The notes: generated by a model from the letters alone, not told the origin. Positions 25,541-35,155 are shown, numbered from the stretch's first letter. The stretch is 57,684 nt of DNA from Dehalococcoidia bacterium (GCA_021296055.1 JAGWBE010000001.1:1-57684), one strand, 5' to 3'. A program made the numbers and translations.

Positions 25541-26278
25541 CTAGCCCGCGCTGACGGCGCCCGACTCCGTCCGCAGCAGCGCGCCGAAGCCGTCCACGGG
25601 CGCCGTGCGGCCTACGGCGCGCAGCGACGCCCAGATGGTGGCCTGGTTGGAGGTCACGACCGGCTTGCCCAACTCTCGCTCCAATTCCTCCACCACCTCC
25701 ATCGCGCGCCAGTTGGTGCAGGAGAGGAAGAAACCGTCCACGTCTCGCGCCATGTGCTGCTTGGCGAAGGCGGCTATCTGCTCCGGCGTCTGATCGCCGA
25801 TGTCGAGGTTGGCGACCAGTTGCTGCCCCGCCATGCTGGCGATGTCGAAGCCCTTGTCCTCGAAGAAGGCGGCGAGGCGCTCGTTGATGGAGTCGATGTA
25901 CGGAGTTACGACGGCGACGCGGCGCAAGCCCATCGCGTGGAGCGCGTCGATGACGGCGGGCGTCGTGCCGACGGCCTTGGTTCCGCGCGCGGCGTCGGAG
26001 ACGCGGGCGAGGAGCGCGTCGTCGTAGCCGGGGCCGCCGAGGAAGCTCCCGCTGGTGCAGGCGTAGGCGATGACGTCGACGCCCGCCGATTCGAGGGAGC
26101 GCGCGGCCTCCTCCGCGTCCTGGTTCATGCGCTCGAGCATCTCGATGGTGGTGTCCACCAGGAAGACGCGAGCGGTGTGGAGCGCGGTTTCGGCGTCGAG
26201 GATGCGCTGGTAGTCGTACTCGGCGGTCGAGTTGGACGACGGCACGATGAGTCCGATGCGGGTGCGGCGGCTGTTCAT
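25541..26278 (-). CDS. Asp/Glu/hydantoin-racemase-superfamily enzyme (maleate isomerase / arylmalonate decarboxylase-like)
   Basis: 'RIGLIVPSSNSTAEYDY', 'IAYACTSGSF' and 'FFLSCTNWRAMEVVEELERELGKPVVTSNQA' show the two catalytic Cys positions. Confidence 0.8.
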   Translation of the reverse strand: MNSRRTRIGLIVPSSNSTAEYDYQRILDAETALHTARVFLVDTTIEMLERMNQDAEEAARSLESAGVDVIAYACTSGSFLGGPGYDDALLARVSDAARGTKAVGTTPAVIDALHAMGLRRVAVVTPYIDSINERLAAFFEDKGFDIASMAGQQLVANLDIGDQTPEQIAAFAKQHMARDVDGFFLSCTNWRAMEVVEELERELGKPVVTSNQATIWASLRAVGRTAPVDGFGALLRTESGAVSAG

Positions 26279-26406
26279 GAGGGCGCCTCCTTTTGGCGCG
26301 GACTATACGCTACGCGGCGCTTTGACGCTCCCTTTGTCCGTGCCGTAACCTTGCGGCGCGCCGGGGCCGCCCTTCCCGCCCGGCGACCTGGAGAAGAGCG
26401 ACGCCT

Positions 26407-26745
26407 ATGACCATCCGCAAGACGCCCTACGTCGACCCGACCGAGATATCGGTGGACTACTACAAGGTGCTGGCCTGGCAGCAGGCGCGGCGCATGTTGG
26501 AGTGGCGGCTGCCCGCGGGCAAGTCGGATCGGCGCCACTCGCACCCCAACGCGCTCGTCTACTTCGTGAAGGGCGCCAAGCTTCAATTCTCCTACGACGA
26601 CGGCGAGATGGCCGAGGAGGAGTACGCCGACGGCGCGGTAGCGGCGTGGGGCGACGTGACGCACAAGGTGCGGAACGTGGGCGAGACCGACCTGCACGCC
26701 ATCGTGTTCGAACTGATGACGATCCGCTCCTCCGCCGGGGGGTAG
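26407..26745 (+). CDS. Cupin-domain protein
   Basis: 112 aa. 'RRHSHPNALVYFVKGAKLQFSYDDG...HKVRNVGETDLHAIVFEL'. Confidence 0.7.
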   Translation: MTIRKTPYVDPTEISVDYYKVLAWQQARRMLEWRLPAGKSDRRHSHPNALVYFVKGAKLQFSYDDGEMAEEEYADGAVAAWGDVTHKVRNVGETDLHAIVFELMTIRSSAGG

Positions 26746-26779
26746 CGGTCCGCTCTCAGGAGCATGGGGCGAAAGCGCG

Positions 26780-27706
26780 TCAGCCGGGGCGGAGGCGCTG
26801 CTCGGCAGCGCTTGCTAGCTCGACGGCGTCGGCGCGCCAGGCGATGCGCGAATCGTCGCGGCGGAACCATGCGGCTTGGCGGCGCAGCAGCGCGTGGTGC
26901 GCCGCCCGCGCGCGCGCGACGGCCTCGGAGAGCGTGAGCTCGCCCGCCAGATGGTGCGCGAGGGCGCGGTAGCCGGCGGAGGAGAAGGCGGGCGATTCGG
27001 GCGCGTAACCCATCGCCAAGAGCGCCGCCACCTCGCCCAGCCAGCCGTCGGCCAGCATCCGTTCTACGCGCGCGTCGACGCGGCGGTGCAGCTCGTCGCG
27101 GGAGCGCCATAGGCCCATGAGGCATGGCTCAAACGGCGGCGCTTGCTTGACGCGCTGGGCGGAGAAGGGCCGCCCCGTTACGTGGAATACCTCGAGGGCG
27201 CGGACGACGCGGCGCACGTTCCTCGCGTCGATGGAGGCGGCGGACGCGGGATCGACGCGGCGCAGCGCGTCGTGGAGCGCCTCGGCTCCGTCCGTGCGCG
27301 CTTGGCGCTCGAGGCGCTCGCGCACCTCCGGTTGGGCGGGAACGCGGGGCACCCGCCAGCCCTCGGCGAGCGCCCAGACGTACTGTCCCGCCCCTCCCAC
27401 GACCACGGGAAGGCTGCCCCGTTCGAGCACACCGTCGATGGCGGCGCGGGCAAGGTCGAGGTAGGCGGCGAGGTTGAAGCGCTCATCCGGGTCGACGACG
27501 TCGAAGAGGTGATGGGGACAGACGGCGCGCTGCTCCGCCGTGGGCTTGGCCGCGCCGATGGAGAGCCGACGGTAGACCTGGCGGCTGTCGGCGTTGATCA
27601 CCTCGATGGAGGAGCGCTCGGCCAGCAGCAGCGCAGCGTCCGTCTTGCCGGAGGCGGTGGGGCCGACGATGAAGAGGACGGGCGGCTTGGGCTGCGCAGT
27701 CGCCAC
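26780..27706 (-). CDS. miaA: tRNA dimethylallyltransferase
   Basis: 'PVLFIVGPTASGKTDAALLLAERSSIEVINADSRQVYRRLSIGAAKPT', 'LPVVVGGAGQY'. I chose the GTG at 27706; the upstream part of track ORF 26780..28234 is tpiA DNA read out of frame. Confidence 0.9.
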   Translation of the reverse strand: MATAQPKPPVLFIVGPTASGKTDAALLLAERSSIEVINADSRQVYRRLSIGAAKPTAEQRAVCPHHLFDVVDPDERFNLAAYLDLARAAIDGVLERGSLPVVVGGAGQYVWALAEGWRVPRVPAQPEVRERLERQARTDGAEALHDALRRVDPASAASIDARNVRRVVRALEVFHVTGRPFSAQRVKQAPPFEPCLMGLWRSRDELHRRVDARVERMLADGWLGEVAALLAMGYAPESPAFSSAGYRALAHHLAGELTLSEAVARARAAHHALLRRQAAWFRRDDSRIAWRADAVELASAAEQRLRPG

Positions 27707-27716
27707 CGGGGAGCGG

Positions 27717-28484
27717 TCAGGAGGCGGCGCCCGCTTGGGCGACGGCGGCGGCGATGGCGACGAACTGGTCGGCGCGGAGGCTCGCGCCGCCGACCAGGGC
27801 GCCGTCGATGTCCGCCTCGGCGACAAAGGAGGCGATGTTGTCCGGGTTGACGCTGCCGCCGTAGAGCAGCGGCATGCTGTCGGCGGCGGCGTCCGCGAGT
27901 TCGCCCAGTTCGCGGCGCAGTCCTCCCATCGCCTCTTGGGCGATGTCGGGCGTTGCGGCGCGGCCCGTGCCGATCGCCCACACCGGCTCGTAGGCGACGG
28001 CGACGCGCGCGACCGCATCCGGGTCGAGGCCGTCGAGGCCCCTTCGCAGCTGCTCGCGGCAGACGGCGGCGGCGCGGCCCGCCTCGCGCTGCTCCAACGT
28101 CTCGCCGAGACAGAAGATGGGCGTGAGGCCCAGGCCCAGCGCCGCGTGAACCTTGCGGTTGATGAAGTCGTCCGTCTCGCCGAAGAGTTGGCGGCGCTCG
28201 GAGTGGCCGACGATGACGTAGGCGCAGAGGTCACGCACCATCGCGCCGGAGACCTCGCCCGTGAACGCGCCGCTCGCCTCGGGGTGCATGTTCTGTGCGC
28301 CCACGCCGACGCCCGAGCCCTCGAACGCGGCGGCGACGGCGGCGAGCGCGGTGAAGGGCGGGCAGACGACGCGCGTCGCGCCCGTGAGCGCGGCGAGGCC
28401 GTCGCGCATGCCCTTGGCGAGACCGACAGCCTCCGCGACAGTCAGGTGCATCTTCCAGTTGGCGGCTACGAAGGGGGCTGTCAT
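27717..28484 (-). CDS. tpiA: Triose-phosphate isomerase
   Basis: 'FVAANWKMH', 'VIVGHSERR', 'AYEPVWAIGTG', 'LYGGSV'. 255 aa. Confidence 0.95.
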   Translation of the reverse strand: MTAPFVAANWKMHLTVAEAVGLAKGMRDGLAALTGATRVVCPPFTALAAVAAAFEGSGVGVGAQNMHPEASGAFTGEVSGAMVRDLCAYVIVGHSERRQLFGETDDFINRKVHAALGLGLTPIFCLGETLEQREAGRAAAVCREQLRRGLDGLDPDAVARVAVAYEPVWAIGTGRAATPDIAQEAMGGLRRELGELADAAADSMPLLYGGSVNPDNIASFVAEADIDGALVGGASLRADQFVAIAAAVAQAGAAS

Positions 28485-28489
28485 AGGCG

Positions 28490-29269
28490 TTACGCGGCGG
28501 GGAGGTCGGTGATGAACATATGGCCGACGCTGTGGGTGATGACGAGGGGCAAGCGGACGCGCTCGGCGACGGCCTGCGGCGTGACGCCGCAAGCCCAGTA
28601 GACGGGCGTCTCGCCGGGGCGCACCTCCACCGGGTCGCCGTAGTCGGGGCGGTCGAGGTCGTCGATGCCGAGGGCGGCGGGGTCGCCGACGTGGACGGGC
28701 GCGCCGTGGGAGAGAGGCACGGCGCCGCTCACTTCGGCGGCGAGGGCGAGCTTGTCGTCCGCGACGGGGCGCATCGTTACGACAAGAGGGCCGTTGAAGA
28801 CGCCCGCGGGCGTCGTCTCGACGCCGGTGACGTAGGTGGGCGCGGGCGCACCGGTCTCCTGGTGGCGCATCGGGATGCCAACGCGGACGAGGGAGTGCTC
28901 GAAGCCGAAGCTGCACCCCAGCAGGAACGCGGTCAGCCCTTCGTCCCATAAGTGGAGGATGTTGACCGGCTCCTCCGCCGCCTCGCCGTAGCGGAAGACG
29001 CGGTAGCGGGAGATGTCTTGGCGGAGGTCGGCGCCGGGGGCGGAGCGCTTGGGTTCGGGGTCGCCGGGGGCGAGTTGCTCGATGAGGGGGCAGGGCTGGG
29101 GGTTGCGCTCGCAGTAGAGGCGGAAGTCGGCGGCCAGCTCGTTGGGAAGGACGACGAGGTTGGCTTGGAGGTAGCCGGGGGCGTAGCCGGAGGTGATGCC
29201 CGGCAGCAGCCCCTGGCGGATGCGGGCGCGGAGTTCGGCGGGCGTGTAAGGCGTTGCAGGCGCCGTCAT
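28490..29269 (-). CDS. Putative hydro-lyase, UPF0317/DUF1445 (homologous to the N-terminal domain of D-glutamate cyclase)
   Basis: 'GYAPGYLQANLVVLPNELAADFRLYCERNPQPCPLIEQLAPGDPEP...DLRQDISRYRVF'. Confidence 0.8.
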   Translation of the reverse strand: MTAPATPYTPAELRARIRQGLLPGITSGYAPGYLQANLVVLPNELAADFRLYCERNPQPCPLIEQLAPGDPEPKRSAPGADLRQDISRYRVFRYGEAAEEPVNILHLWDEGLTAFLLGCSFGFEHSLVRVGIPMRHQETGAPAPTYVTGVETTPAGVFNGPLVVTMRPVADDKLALAAEVSGAVPLSHGAPVHVGDPAALGIDDLDRPDYGDPVEVRPGETPVYWACGVTPQAVAERVRLPLVITHSVGHMFITDLPAA

Positions 29270-29279
29270 CACTTCGCTC

Positions 29280-30485
29280 CTATGGTCCAAACTTGGCCAG
29301 CTTGCCCGCGTGGGCAAGGGCGAGGCTCATGATGTGCTTCGCTTCGAAGATGCCAAGCGATCCGCGGCGCAAGTCGCGCTCGTTGAAGCGGTCCACCCCC
29401 TCCCCTAGCGTCCACTGCGAGTGGAGCAGGAAGGGAACGGGGTGCCACGAGTGAGCAGCCATTATGGAGGGCGTGGAGTGGTCGCCCGCCACCATCAGCA
29501 CGTCGGGCTTGAGGTCGAGCAGCGCGGGGACGAACTCGTCGAGGCTTTCCAGCGCCTTGCGCTTCTTGTCGAAGTCGCCGTCCTCGCCCGCCGCGTCGGT
29601 GTTCTTGTAGTGGAGGAAGAAGAAGTCGTGCTCGTCCCAGTGCTCGCGCAGCGTGCGCACCTCCGCCGCAAAGTCGCCGCCGGTCTTGAGCACGCGCATG
29701 CCGACGATAGAGGCAAGACCGCGGTACATCGGGTAGGCGGCGATAGCGGCGGGCATCAGCGCGTAGGAGGCACCGAAGGAGGGCAGATCGGGCGCGACCG
29801 ACCAGCCACGCAGCAGCACCATGTTGGCGGCTTCCTGGTCGCGGAGCGCCTCGCGGGCGTGCTCGACAAATGCGTTCGCGGCGGCGGCGGCAGCGGCGGC
29901 GCCTTTGGCGCGGGGCTCCACCATGAGCGGCGGAGCGCCCGTCAGCTGCGGATCGGTCTCGGTGAGTTGATCGCTGAGGCCCTCGCCGCGCAACCGCAGC
30001 ACGAAGCGGTAGTCCTTCACGTGCTCGACGGCTACGTTCAGCCCGTTCAGGTTGACCTGAGCGAGGCGCTCGGCGAGCGGCGCGGCCAGTTCGGAGGCGA
30101 TGCGCCCGGCGCGGCGGTCGACCAGATTGCCGTCGGCGTCGATGGTGGCGAAGTTGCCGCGGGCGGCCACGTCGCCGGGGCGAAGCTCCATCTCGATGCC
30201 GATGGCCTCCAGCGCGCCGCGCCCGATGAGGTATCTGAGCGGGTCGTAGCCGAAGAGCGCCAGGTGGCCGGGGCCGGAGCCGGGCGCGACGCCGGGCGCG
30301 ACGGGGATGGTGAGACCAGCGGAGGACGCCTGGGCAAGGCGGTTCAGGTTCGGGATGCGCGCCGACTCCAACTCGGAGCGGCGGGAGTCGGGCGCGGGCG
30401 CGCCGCCGAGGCCGTCGGCGACGAGCATCAGGATCTTCGAGTCGGTCTTGCGAACGATGTCGGACAGGTAGGGGAAGTCGATCAC
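29280..30485 (-). CDS. apgM: Cofactor-independent phosphoglycerate mutase, archaeal type
   Basis: 'ILMLVADGLGG', 'TIPVAPGVAPGSGPGHLALFGYDP', 'VAGDHSTPS'. 401 aa. Confidence 0.85.
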   Translation of the reverse strand: MIDFPYLSDIVRKTDSKILMLVADGLGGAPAPDSRRSELESARIPNLNRLAQASSAGLTIPVAPGVAPGSGPGHLALFGYDPLRYLIGRGALEAIGIEMELRPGDVAARGNFATIDADGNLVDRRAGRIASELAAPLAERLAQVNLNGLNVAVEHVKDYRFVLRLRGEGLSDQLTETDPQLTGAPPLMVEPRAKGAAAAAAAANAFVEHAREALRDQEAANMVLLRGWSVAPDLPSFGASYALMPAAIAAYPMYRGLASIVGMRVLKTGGDFAAEVRTLREHWDEHDFFFLHYKNTDAAGEDGDFDKKRKALESLDEFVPALLDLKPDVLMVAGDHSTPSIMAAHSWHPVPFLLHSQWTLGEGVDRFNERDLRRGSLGIFEAKHIMSLALAHAGKLAKFGP

Positions 30486-30494
30486 GCGCCGCTC

Positions 30495-31682
30495 CTAGCG
30501 ATCGTCTAGCGCCGCCACGCCAGGCAGCTCCGCGCCTTCGAGGAACTCGAGGGACGCGCCGCCGCCGGTGGAGACGTGGGACATATTATCGGCCAGGCCG
30601 AACGCCGCCACCGCTTCGGCGGTGGAGCCGCCGCCGATGACGGTCGTCGCGCCGCTCTCCGCCAGCGCCTGGGCGACGGCGCGGGAGCCCTGGTCGAAGG
30701 GGGAGACTTCAGCGACGCCCATCGGGCCGTTCCACACGATGGTCTTCATGCCGCGCAGCGCGGCGGCGAAGGCGGCGGCGGCCCGGGGGCCGATGTCCAG
30801 AATCATCCAGCCGTCGGGCACGGCGGATGCCGTCACTATCTGCGTGGGCGCGCCGGGCTCGATGCGCTGAGCTATCGCCACGTCTTGCGGCAGATTCAGC
30901 GCTACGCCCGACTCCTCCGCACGGCGGACGGCGCCGCCGCAGAAGTCGATCAGGTCTTCCTCTACGAGCGAATCGCCCACGCCATGCCCCTGCGCCTTGA
31001 GAAAGGACGCGGCCATGCCGCCGCCGATGAAGACCGCGTCCGCCTGGGGGAGCAGACGGTCGAGCACCTTCACCTTGTCGCTGACCTTCGCGCCGCCGAA
31101 TACGGCGGCCAGGGGGCGTTCGGGCGATTCGAGCACCGCGCCGAGATAGGCCAACTCCTTCTCCATAAGCAGTCCCGCGCAAGCCGGGAGGTGGGCGGCG
31201 ACGCGCTCGGTGGAGGCGTGGGCGCGGTGCGCCGTGCCGAAGGCGTCGTTGACGTAGGCGTCGGCCAGCCGCGCTAGGGCGGCAGCGAAGGCGTCGGAGT
31301 TGGCCTCCTCGCCGGGGTAGAAGCGGATGTTCTCCAACAGCAGCACGCCGCCGGGGTTGAGCGCCTCGGCGCGAGCGCGGGCATCGGCGCCTGCCGCATC
31401 GTGGACGTAGGTGACGGGCGCGGCGAGCAGCTCGCACAGGCGCTCGGCGATGGGGCCGAGCTCGAGCGCGGGGTCGGGCTGGCCTTTTGGCCGCCCCAGG
31501 TGCGTAACGAGGATGACGGCGGCGCCCTGCCCTCGCAGATGCTCGATGGTCGGCAGCGCGGCGCGGATGCGCGAGTCGTCGGAGATGCGGTCCGCGCCGC
31601 GCTCGAAGGGCACGTTGAAGTCCACGCGCACGAGGGCGCGCTTGCCTTCCCACGCCATGTCGCGAACGCTCTTCTTGTTCAT
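30495..31682 (-). CDS. pgk: Phosphoglycerate kinase
   Basis: 'RVDFNVPF', 'HLGRPKG', 'LLENIRFYPGEE', 'YVNDAFGTAHRAHAS', 'VWNGPMGV'. 395 aa. I chose the ATG at 31682; the track ORF 30495..32501 fuses it to out-of-frame upstream DNA. Confidence 0.95.
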   Translation of the reverse strand: MNKKSVRDMAWEGKRALVRVDFNVPFERGADRISDDSRIRAALPTIEHLRGQGAAVILVTHLGRPKGQPDPALELGPIAERLCELLAAPVTYVHDAAGADARARAEALNPGGVLLLENIRFYPGEEANSDAFAAALARLADAYVNDAFGTAHRAHASTERVAAHLPACAGLLMEKELAYLGAVLESPERPLAAVFGGAKVSDKVKVLDRLLPQADAVFIGGGMAASFLKAQGHGVGDSLVEEDLIDFCGGAVRRAEESGVALNLPQDVAIAQRIEPGAPTQIVTASAVPDGWMILDIGPRAAAAFAAALRGMKTIVWNGPMGVAEVSPFDQGSRAVAQALAESGATTVIGGGSTAEAVAAFGLADNMSHVSTGGGASLEFLEGAELPGVAALDDR

Positions 31683-32680
31683 TCCTCGCTCGCGAGGGCG
31701 GCGGCGATCTCGCGCCAGCGCTTGAGGCGCTTTGCGGGAAGCCCGGCGTTGGCGAGGGCGGCGAGCGCCTCCTGGGCGGCGCCCCGCGCCTTCTCCTCGG
31801 CGTAGGCCCTGGAGCCCGTCTCGTCGAGGATGGCGCGGACAACGTCGAGGTCGGCGGGGGTGAGGACGCGCTTGAAGTAGGCCTCGCCCAGGGCGCGCTT
31901 CTGAGGCAGCGGGGCGTTTTCGAAGGCGTGGACGATGGGCAGGAGCTTGCTCTTGTTGAGGGCGCGAGGGCGGGCGACGGGCGACGGCGGCCACAGGTCG
32001 TTCACGTCGTCGCGCATCTGCGCGGCCAGGCCCAACGCCTCGCCGAATGCTTGGAACGCCTGGACGGTCTCGGCGTTGCGGCCCACCGCGAGGGCGCCCA
32101 TGGCGGCGGCGGCGCCGAACAGGGCGCCTCGCTTGGCGGACGCCATCGCTACGTACTGCGCTTCGGTTACGTCGAGGCGCTCCTGGTAGGCGAGGTCGAG
32201 GTAGTGTCCCTCGTAGTAGCGCAGCGCCGCCGCGTCGAGGATGGAGACCGCTCGCAGCGTCTGCTGCGGGGCCAGGCCATGCTCCACATCGAGCAGGGTG
32301 AGGCGAGCGAGGGCATGGAGGCCGTCGCCGACGTTGATGGCCTGCGCCGGCCCCCAGAGCCACCAGACGGCGGGGCGCTCCCCGGCGGGGCCATCGGCGG
32401 TCTGCATCTCCTCGTGGACGAGGACGGACTGGTAGGTTAATTCGGCGGCAGCGGCGGCGAGGCGGACGGGCGGCGCGGCGCGGCCAGCGGCCTCGACGCA
32501 CACCGCGCCGTACAGCCTGTCCGGGGCGGGCGCAACCTCCGGCGCTCCGTCCTGGCCGATCCAGCCCAAGTGGTAGCGCATCATGCGGTAGAGGGGCAGG
32601 TCGGACTGCGCGTCGAAGATGGCTCCGAGCGCCGCCTCGACTGCGCCGTGGTGGTCGAGCAGAGCGGAAGGCTCCCTCAC
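31679..32680 (-). CDS. Polyprenyl-synthetase-family protein with a degenerate first Asp-rich motif
   Basis: 'LVHEEMQTADGPAGERPAVWWLWGPAQAINVGDGLHALA' occupies the place of 'LIHDD..D....RRG.P..H..FG...AIL.GD'. The second motif, 'QMRDDVNDL', is intact. It has a GTGA overlap with tsaC and an ATGA overlap with pgk. Confidence 0.7.
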   Translation of the reverse strand: MREPSALLDHHGAVEAALGAIFDAQSDLPLYRMMRYHLGWIGQDGAPEVAPAPDRLYGAVCVEAAGRAAPPVRLAAAAAELTYQSVLVHEEMQTADGPAGERPAVWWLWGPAQAINVGDGLHALARLTLLDVEHGLAPQQTLRAVSILDAAALRYYEGHYLDLAYQERLDVTEAQYVAMASAKRGALFGAAAAMGALAVGRNAETVQAFQAFGEALGLAAQMRDDVNDLWPPSPVARPRALNKSKLLPIVHAFENAPLPQKRALGEAYFKRVLTPADLDVVRAILDETGSRAYAEEKARGAAQEALAALANAGLPAKRLKRWREIAAALASEE

Positions 32681-33315
32681 TTTCCCGCCTCCACCGCGTC
32701 GGCTACCTCGACCACGGCGCGCAGCGCCTCGACGGAGACGGCGCCGCGCCGCAGGAGTCCGGCGGGCGCGCGGGTAAGGTCAAGGATGGTTGAGGGCGCG
32801 GCGGCGGGGGCGGGGCCGCCGTCCAGCAGCACTGCCAATCTGTCGCCCAACTGTTGCTCCACGTCGTCGGCTGTGGTGGGCGGATGGCCGCCGTGCCGGT
32901 TGGCGCTGGTGCCCGTGATGGGGCATTCGGCCAGGCGCGCGAGGGCGCGCGGCGCGGGGTGGTTCGGCAACCGCACGGCGACGGTCGGGCCGCCGGTGAG
33001 GTCGTCGGGCAGGCCAGGCGCGCGCTTGAGCACCAGGGTCAGCGCGCCGGGCCAGAAGCGCTCGGCCAGCAACCGCGCCTCCGGCGGGATATCGGCTGCG
33101 ACGCGCTCGAGGTCGCCGAGGTCGGCAATCAGCACGGGCATCCCCATAGCGGCGCCGCGACCCTTGGCGGCGAGGACGGCGGCGACGGCGCGGGGGTTGC
33201 GCGCATCGGCGCCGAGACCGTAGAGAGTGTCGGTTGGGTAGGCGGCGAGGCCGCCGTCTCTGATGGCGGCGGCGGCGGCTTGCAGGCCCGCGTCATTGTC
33301 GGCCAAGCGCAGCAT
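32677..33315 (-). CDS. tsaC: L-threonylcarbamoyladenylate synthase (YrdC/Sua5 domain)
   Basis: 'AAYPTDTLYGLGADA', 'AKGRGAAMGMPVLI', 'FWPGALTLVL', 'VAVRLPNHP', 'ITGTSANRHG'. Confidence 0.85.
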   Translation of the reverse strand: MLRLADNDAGLQAAAAAIRDGGLAAYPTDTLYGLGADARNPRAVAAVLAAKGRGAAMGMPVLIADLGDLERVAADIPPEARLLAERFWPGALTLVLKRAPGLPDDLTGGPTVAVRLPNHPAPRALARLAECPITGTSANRHGGHPPTTADDVEQQLGDRLAVLLDGGPAPAAAPSTILDLTRAPAGLLRRGAVSVEALRAVVEVADAVEAGK

Positions 33316-33357
33316 CGGGGTCTCGCCTCAGTATAGCAGCGCGGCAGGGGCGCCGGG

Positions 33358-33385
33358 GCCCTTCGAGCTCCCTCAGAGCGGACGA
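33358..33385. repeat. CCCTTCGA..CCTCAGAGCGGACGAG module, copy 4 (diverged)
   Basis: cccttcgagctccctcagagcggacgag. Confidence 0.6.
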
Positions 33386-33444
33386 GAGGGAGCGCGGAGG
33401 CAGGGGCGCAGCGCCTTTGCCCTTGGCGCGGGGGCTGCATTACT

Positions 33445-35133
33445 ATGGAGGCAAGGATGGAGACTACGGGGCAGGATCCTACGCATCGCGTGGCGACCTC
33501 CGGGGACGTGGAGGTCGCCGCCTACCTGGAGATCGCGCAGGAGCGCGAGGGGCGCTCGGCTGCGCCAGAGCCGGGGCGCGGCGAGGGGCGCGGACGAACG
33601 GACGCCATTGTCATCCTCGACTTCGGATCGCAATACAGCCGCCTCATTGCTCGGCGCCTGCGCGAGCAGCGCGTCTACTGCGAGTTGCTGCCGCACGACG
33701 CGGCCAGAGAGGCGATAGCCAATCTCAACGTCAAAGGAATCGTGCTTTCGGGCGGCCCGGCGAGCGTCTGGGAGCCCGGCGCGCCGATGGCGCCTGGGTG
33801 GGTGTTCGACCTGGGCGTGCCGGTGCTGGGCATCTGCTATGGGATGCAGTTGATGGCACACCAGCTGGGAGGCGTGGTGGCGCCGGGGCGCGAGCGGGAG
33901 TACGGCTACGCGGCCATTCACCAGGAGGGGCCGAAGTCGGCGCTGTTCGCGGGGTTGGACGACGAGATTCCGGTGTGGATGAGCCACGGCGACCGCATCG
34001 ACGCGATGCCCGCAGGATTTCGTTCGCTGGCCTACAGCGGCAACTCGCCCGTGGCGGCGATGACCAACGACAAAGGATTGTTCGGCATCCAGTTCCACCC
34101 TGAGGTGGCGCACACGCCGCAGGGCAAGGAGATGCTGCGCAATTTTGCATTGGAGGTGTGCGGCTGCGCGGGCGATTGGACGCCGCGCAACTTCGTCGCC
34201 GACGCGGTGGAGCGCGTGCGAGCGCAAGTAGGTGGAGGGCGCGTCATCTGCGCGCTGTCCGGCGGCGTGGATTCCGCCGTCACCGCGATGCTCGTGCACC
34301 GAGCGATTGGGAACCAGCTGACGTGCATCTTCGTGAACAATGGTCTGCTGCGCCGCGAGGAGGCGGAGCGCGTCCGCGCGGTCTTCCAGCGCCACCTGGG
34401 GTTGAACCTGCTGTACGTGAACGCGAGCGAGCGCTTCCTGTCCGCCTTGCGCGGCGTGACCGACCCGGAGGTGAAGCGGCGGCGCATCGGCAACGAGTTC
34501 ATCGCGGTGTTCGACGAGGAGGCGGCGGCGCTGGGCGCGGTGGACTTCCTCGCCCAAGGAACGCTCTACCCCGACGTCATCGAGAGTCAGACGGCGGAAT
34601 CAAGTGCGTCGCACAAGATAAAGACGCACCACAACGTCGGGGGGCTGCCGGATCGGATGCGGATGGAGCTAGTGGAGCCGCTGCGCTACCTGTTCAAGGA
34701 CGAGGTGCGCGCCGTGGGCGAGGAGTTGGGGATGCCACCGGAGGTGCTCTACCGCCAGCCCTTCCCAGGGCCAGGCCTGGCGATACGCATCATGGGCGAG
34801 GTTACCCACGAGAAGTTGGAGACGCTGCGGGCGTGCGACTGGATCGTGATGGACGAGATCAAGCGCGACGGCCTCTACGACCGCCTGTGGCAGTCGTTCG
34901 CCGTGCTGACCGACACCAAGACGGTGGGCGTGATGGGCGATCAGCGCACCTACCAGCACGTGGCGGCAATCCGCGCCGTAACCAGCGACGACGCGATGAC
35001 GGCGGATTGGGCGCGGCTGCCCTACGACACTCTCGCGCGCATCTCCGGCCGCATCGTCAACGAGGCGCCCAGCGTCAACCGCGTCGTCTACGACATCACC
35101 AGCAAACCCCCCGGCACTATTGAGTGGGAGTGA
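33445..35133 (+). CDS. guaA: GMP synthase (glutamine-hydrolysing)
   Basis: '[18 protein letters not shown]', 'GICYGMQL', 'SGGVDSAV', C-terminal 'KPPGTIEWE'. About 50 aa precede the conserved start, so the start codon is uncertain. Confidence 0.95.
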   Translation: MEARMETTGQDPTHRVATSGDVEVAAYLEIAQEREGRSAAPEPGRGEGRGRTDAIVILDFGSQYSRLIARRLREQRVYCELLPHDAAREAIANLNVKGIVLSGGPASVWEPGAPMAPGWVFDLGVPVLGICYGMQLMAHQLGGVVAPGREREYGYAAIHQEGPKSALFAGLDDEIPVWMSHGDRIDAMPAGFRSLAYSGNSPVAAMTNDKGLFGIQFHPEVAHTPQGKEMLRNFALEVCGCAGDWTPRNFVADAVERVRAQVGGGRVICALSGGVDSAVTAMLVHRAIGNQLTCIFVNNGLLRREEAERVRAVFQRHLGLNLLYVNASERFLSALRGVTDPEVKRRRIGNEFIAVFDEEAAALGAVDFLAQGTLYPDVIESQTAESSASHKIKTHHNVGGLPDRMRMELVEPLRYLFKDEVRAVGEELGMPPEVLYRQPFPGPGLAIRIMGEVTHEKLETLRACDWIVMDEIKRDGLYDRLWQSFAVLTDTKTVGVMGDQRTYQHVAAIRAVTSDDAMTADWARLPYDTLARISGRIVNEAPSVNRVVYDITSKPPGTIEWE

Positions 35134-35155
35134 GCGGCGGAGGCGCAGGGTAGCC

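Noticed and set aside
30495-32501. Track ORFs that fuse neighbouring genes or add long basic N-termini (30495..32501, 48243..50462, 26780..28234, 27717..28949, 18573..20294, 54803..55792, 36597..37745)
   Set aside because: The conserved protein begins at an internal ATG or GTG in each case: pgk 31682, hisD 49532, miaA 27706, tpiA 28484, MFS 19922, cysC 55360, LLM 37553. The upstream part is the adjacent gene read in another frame.
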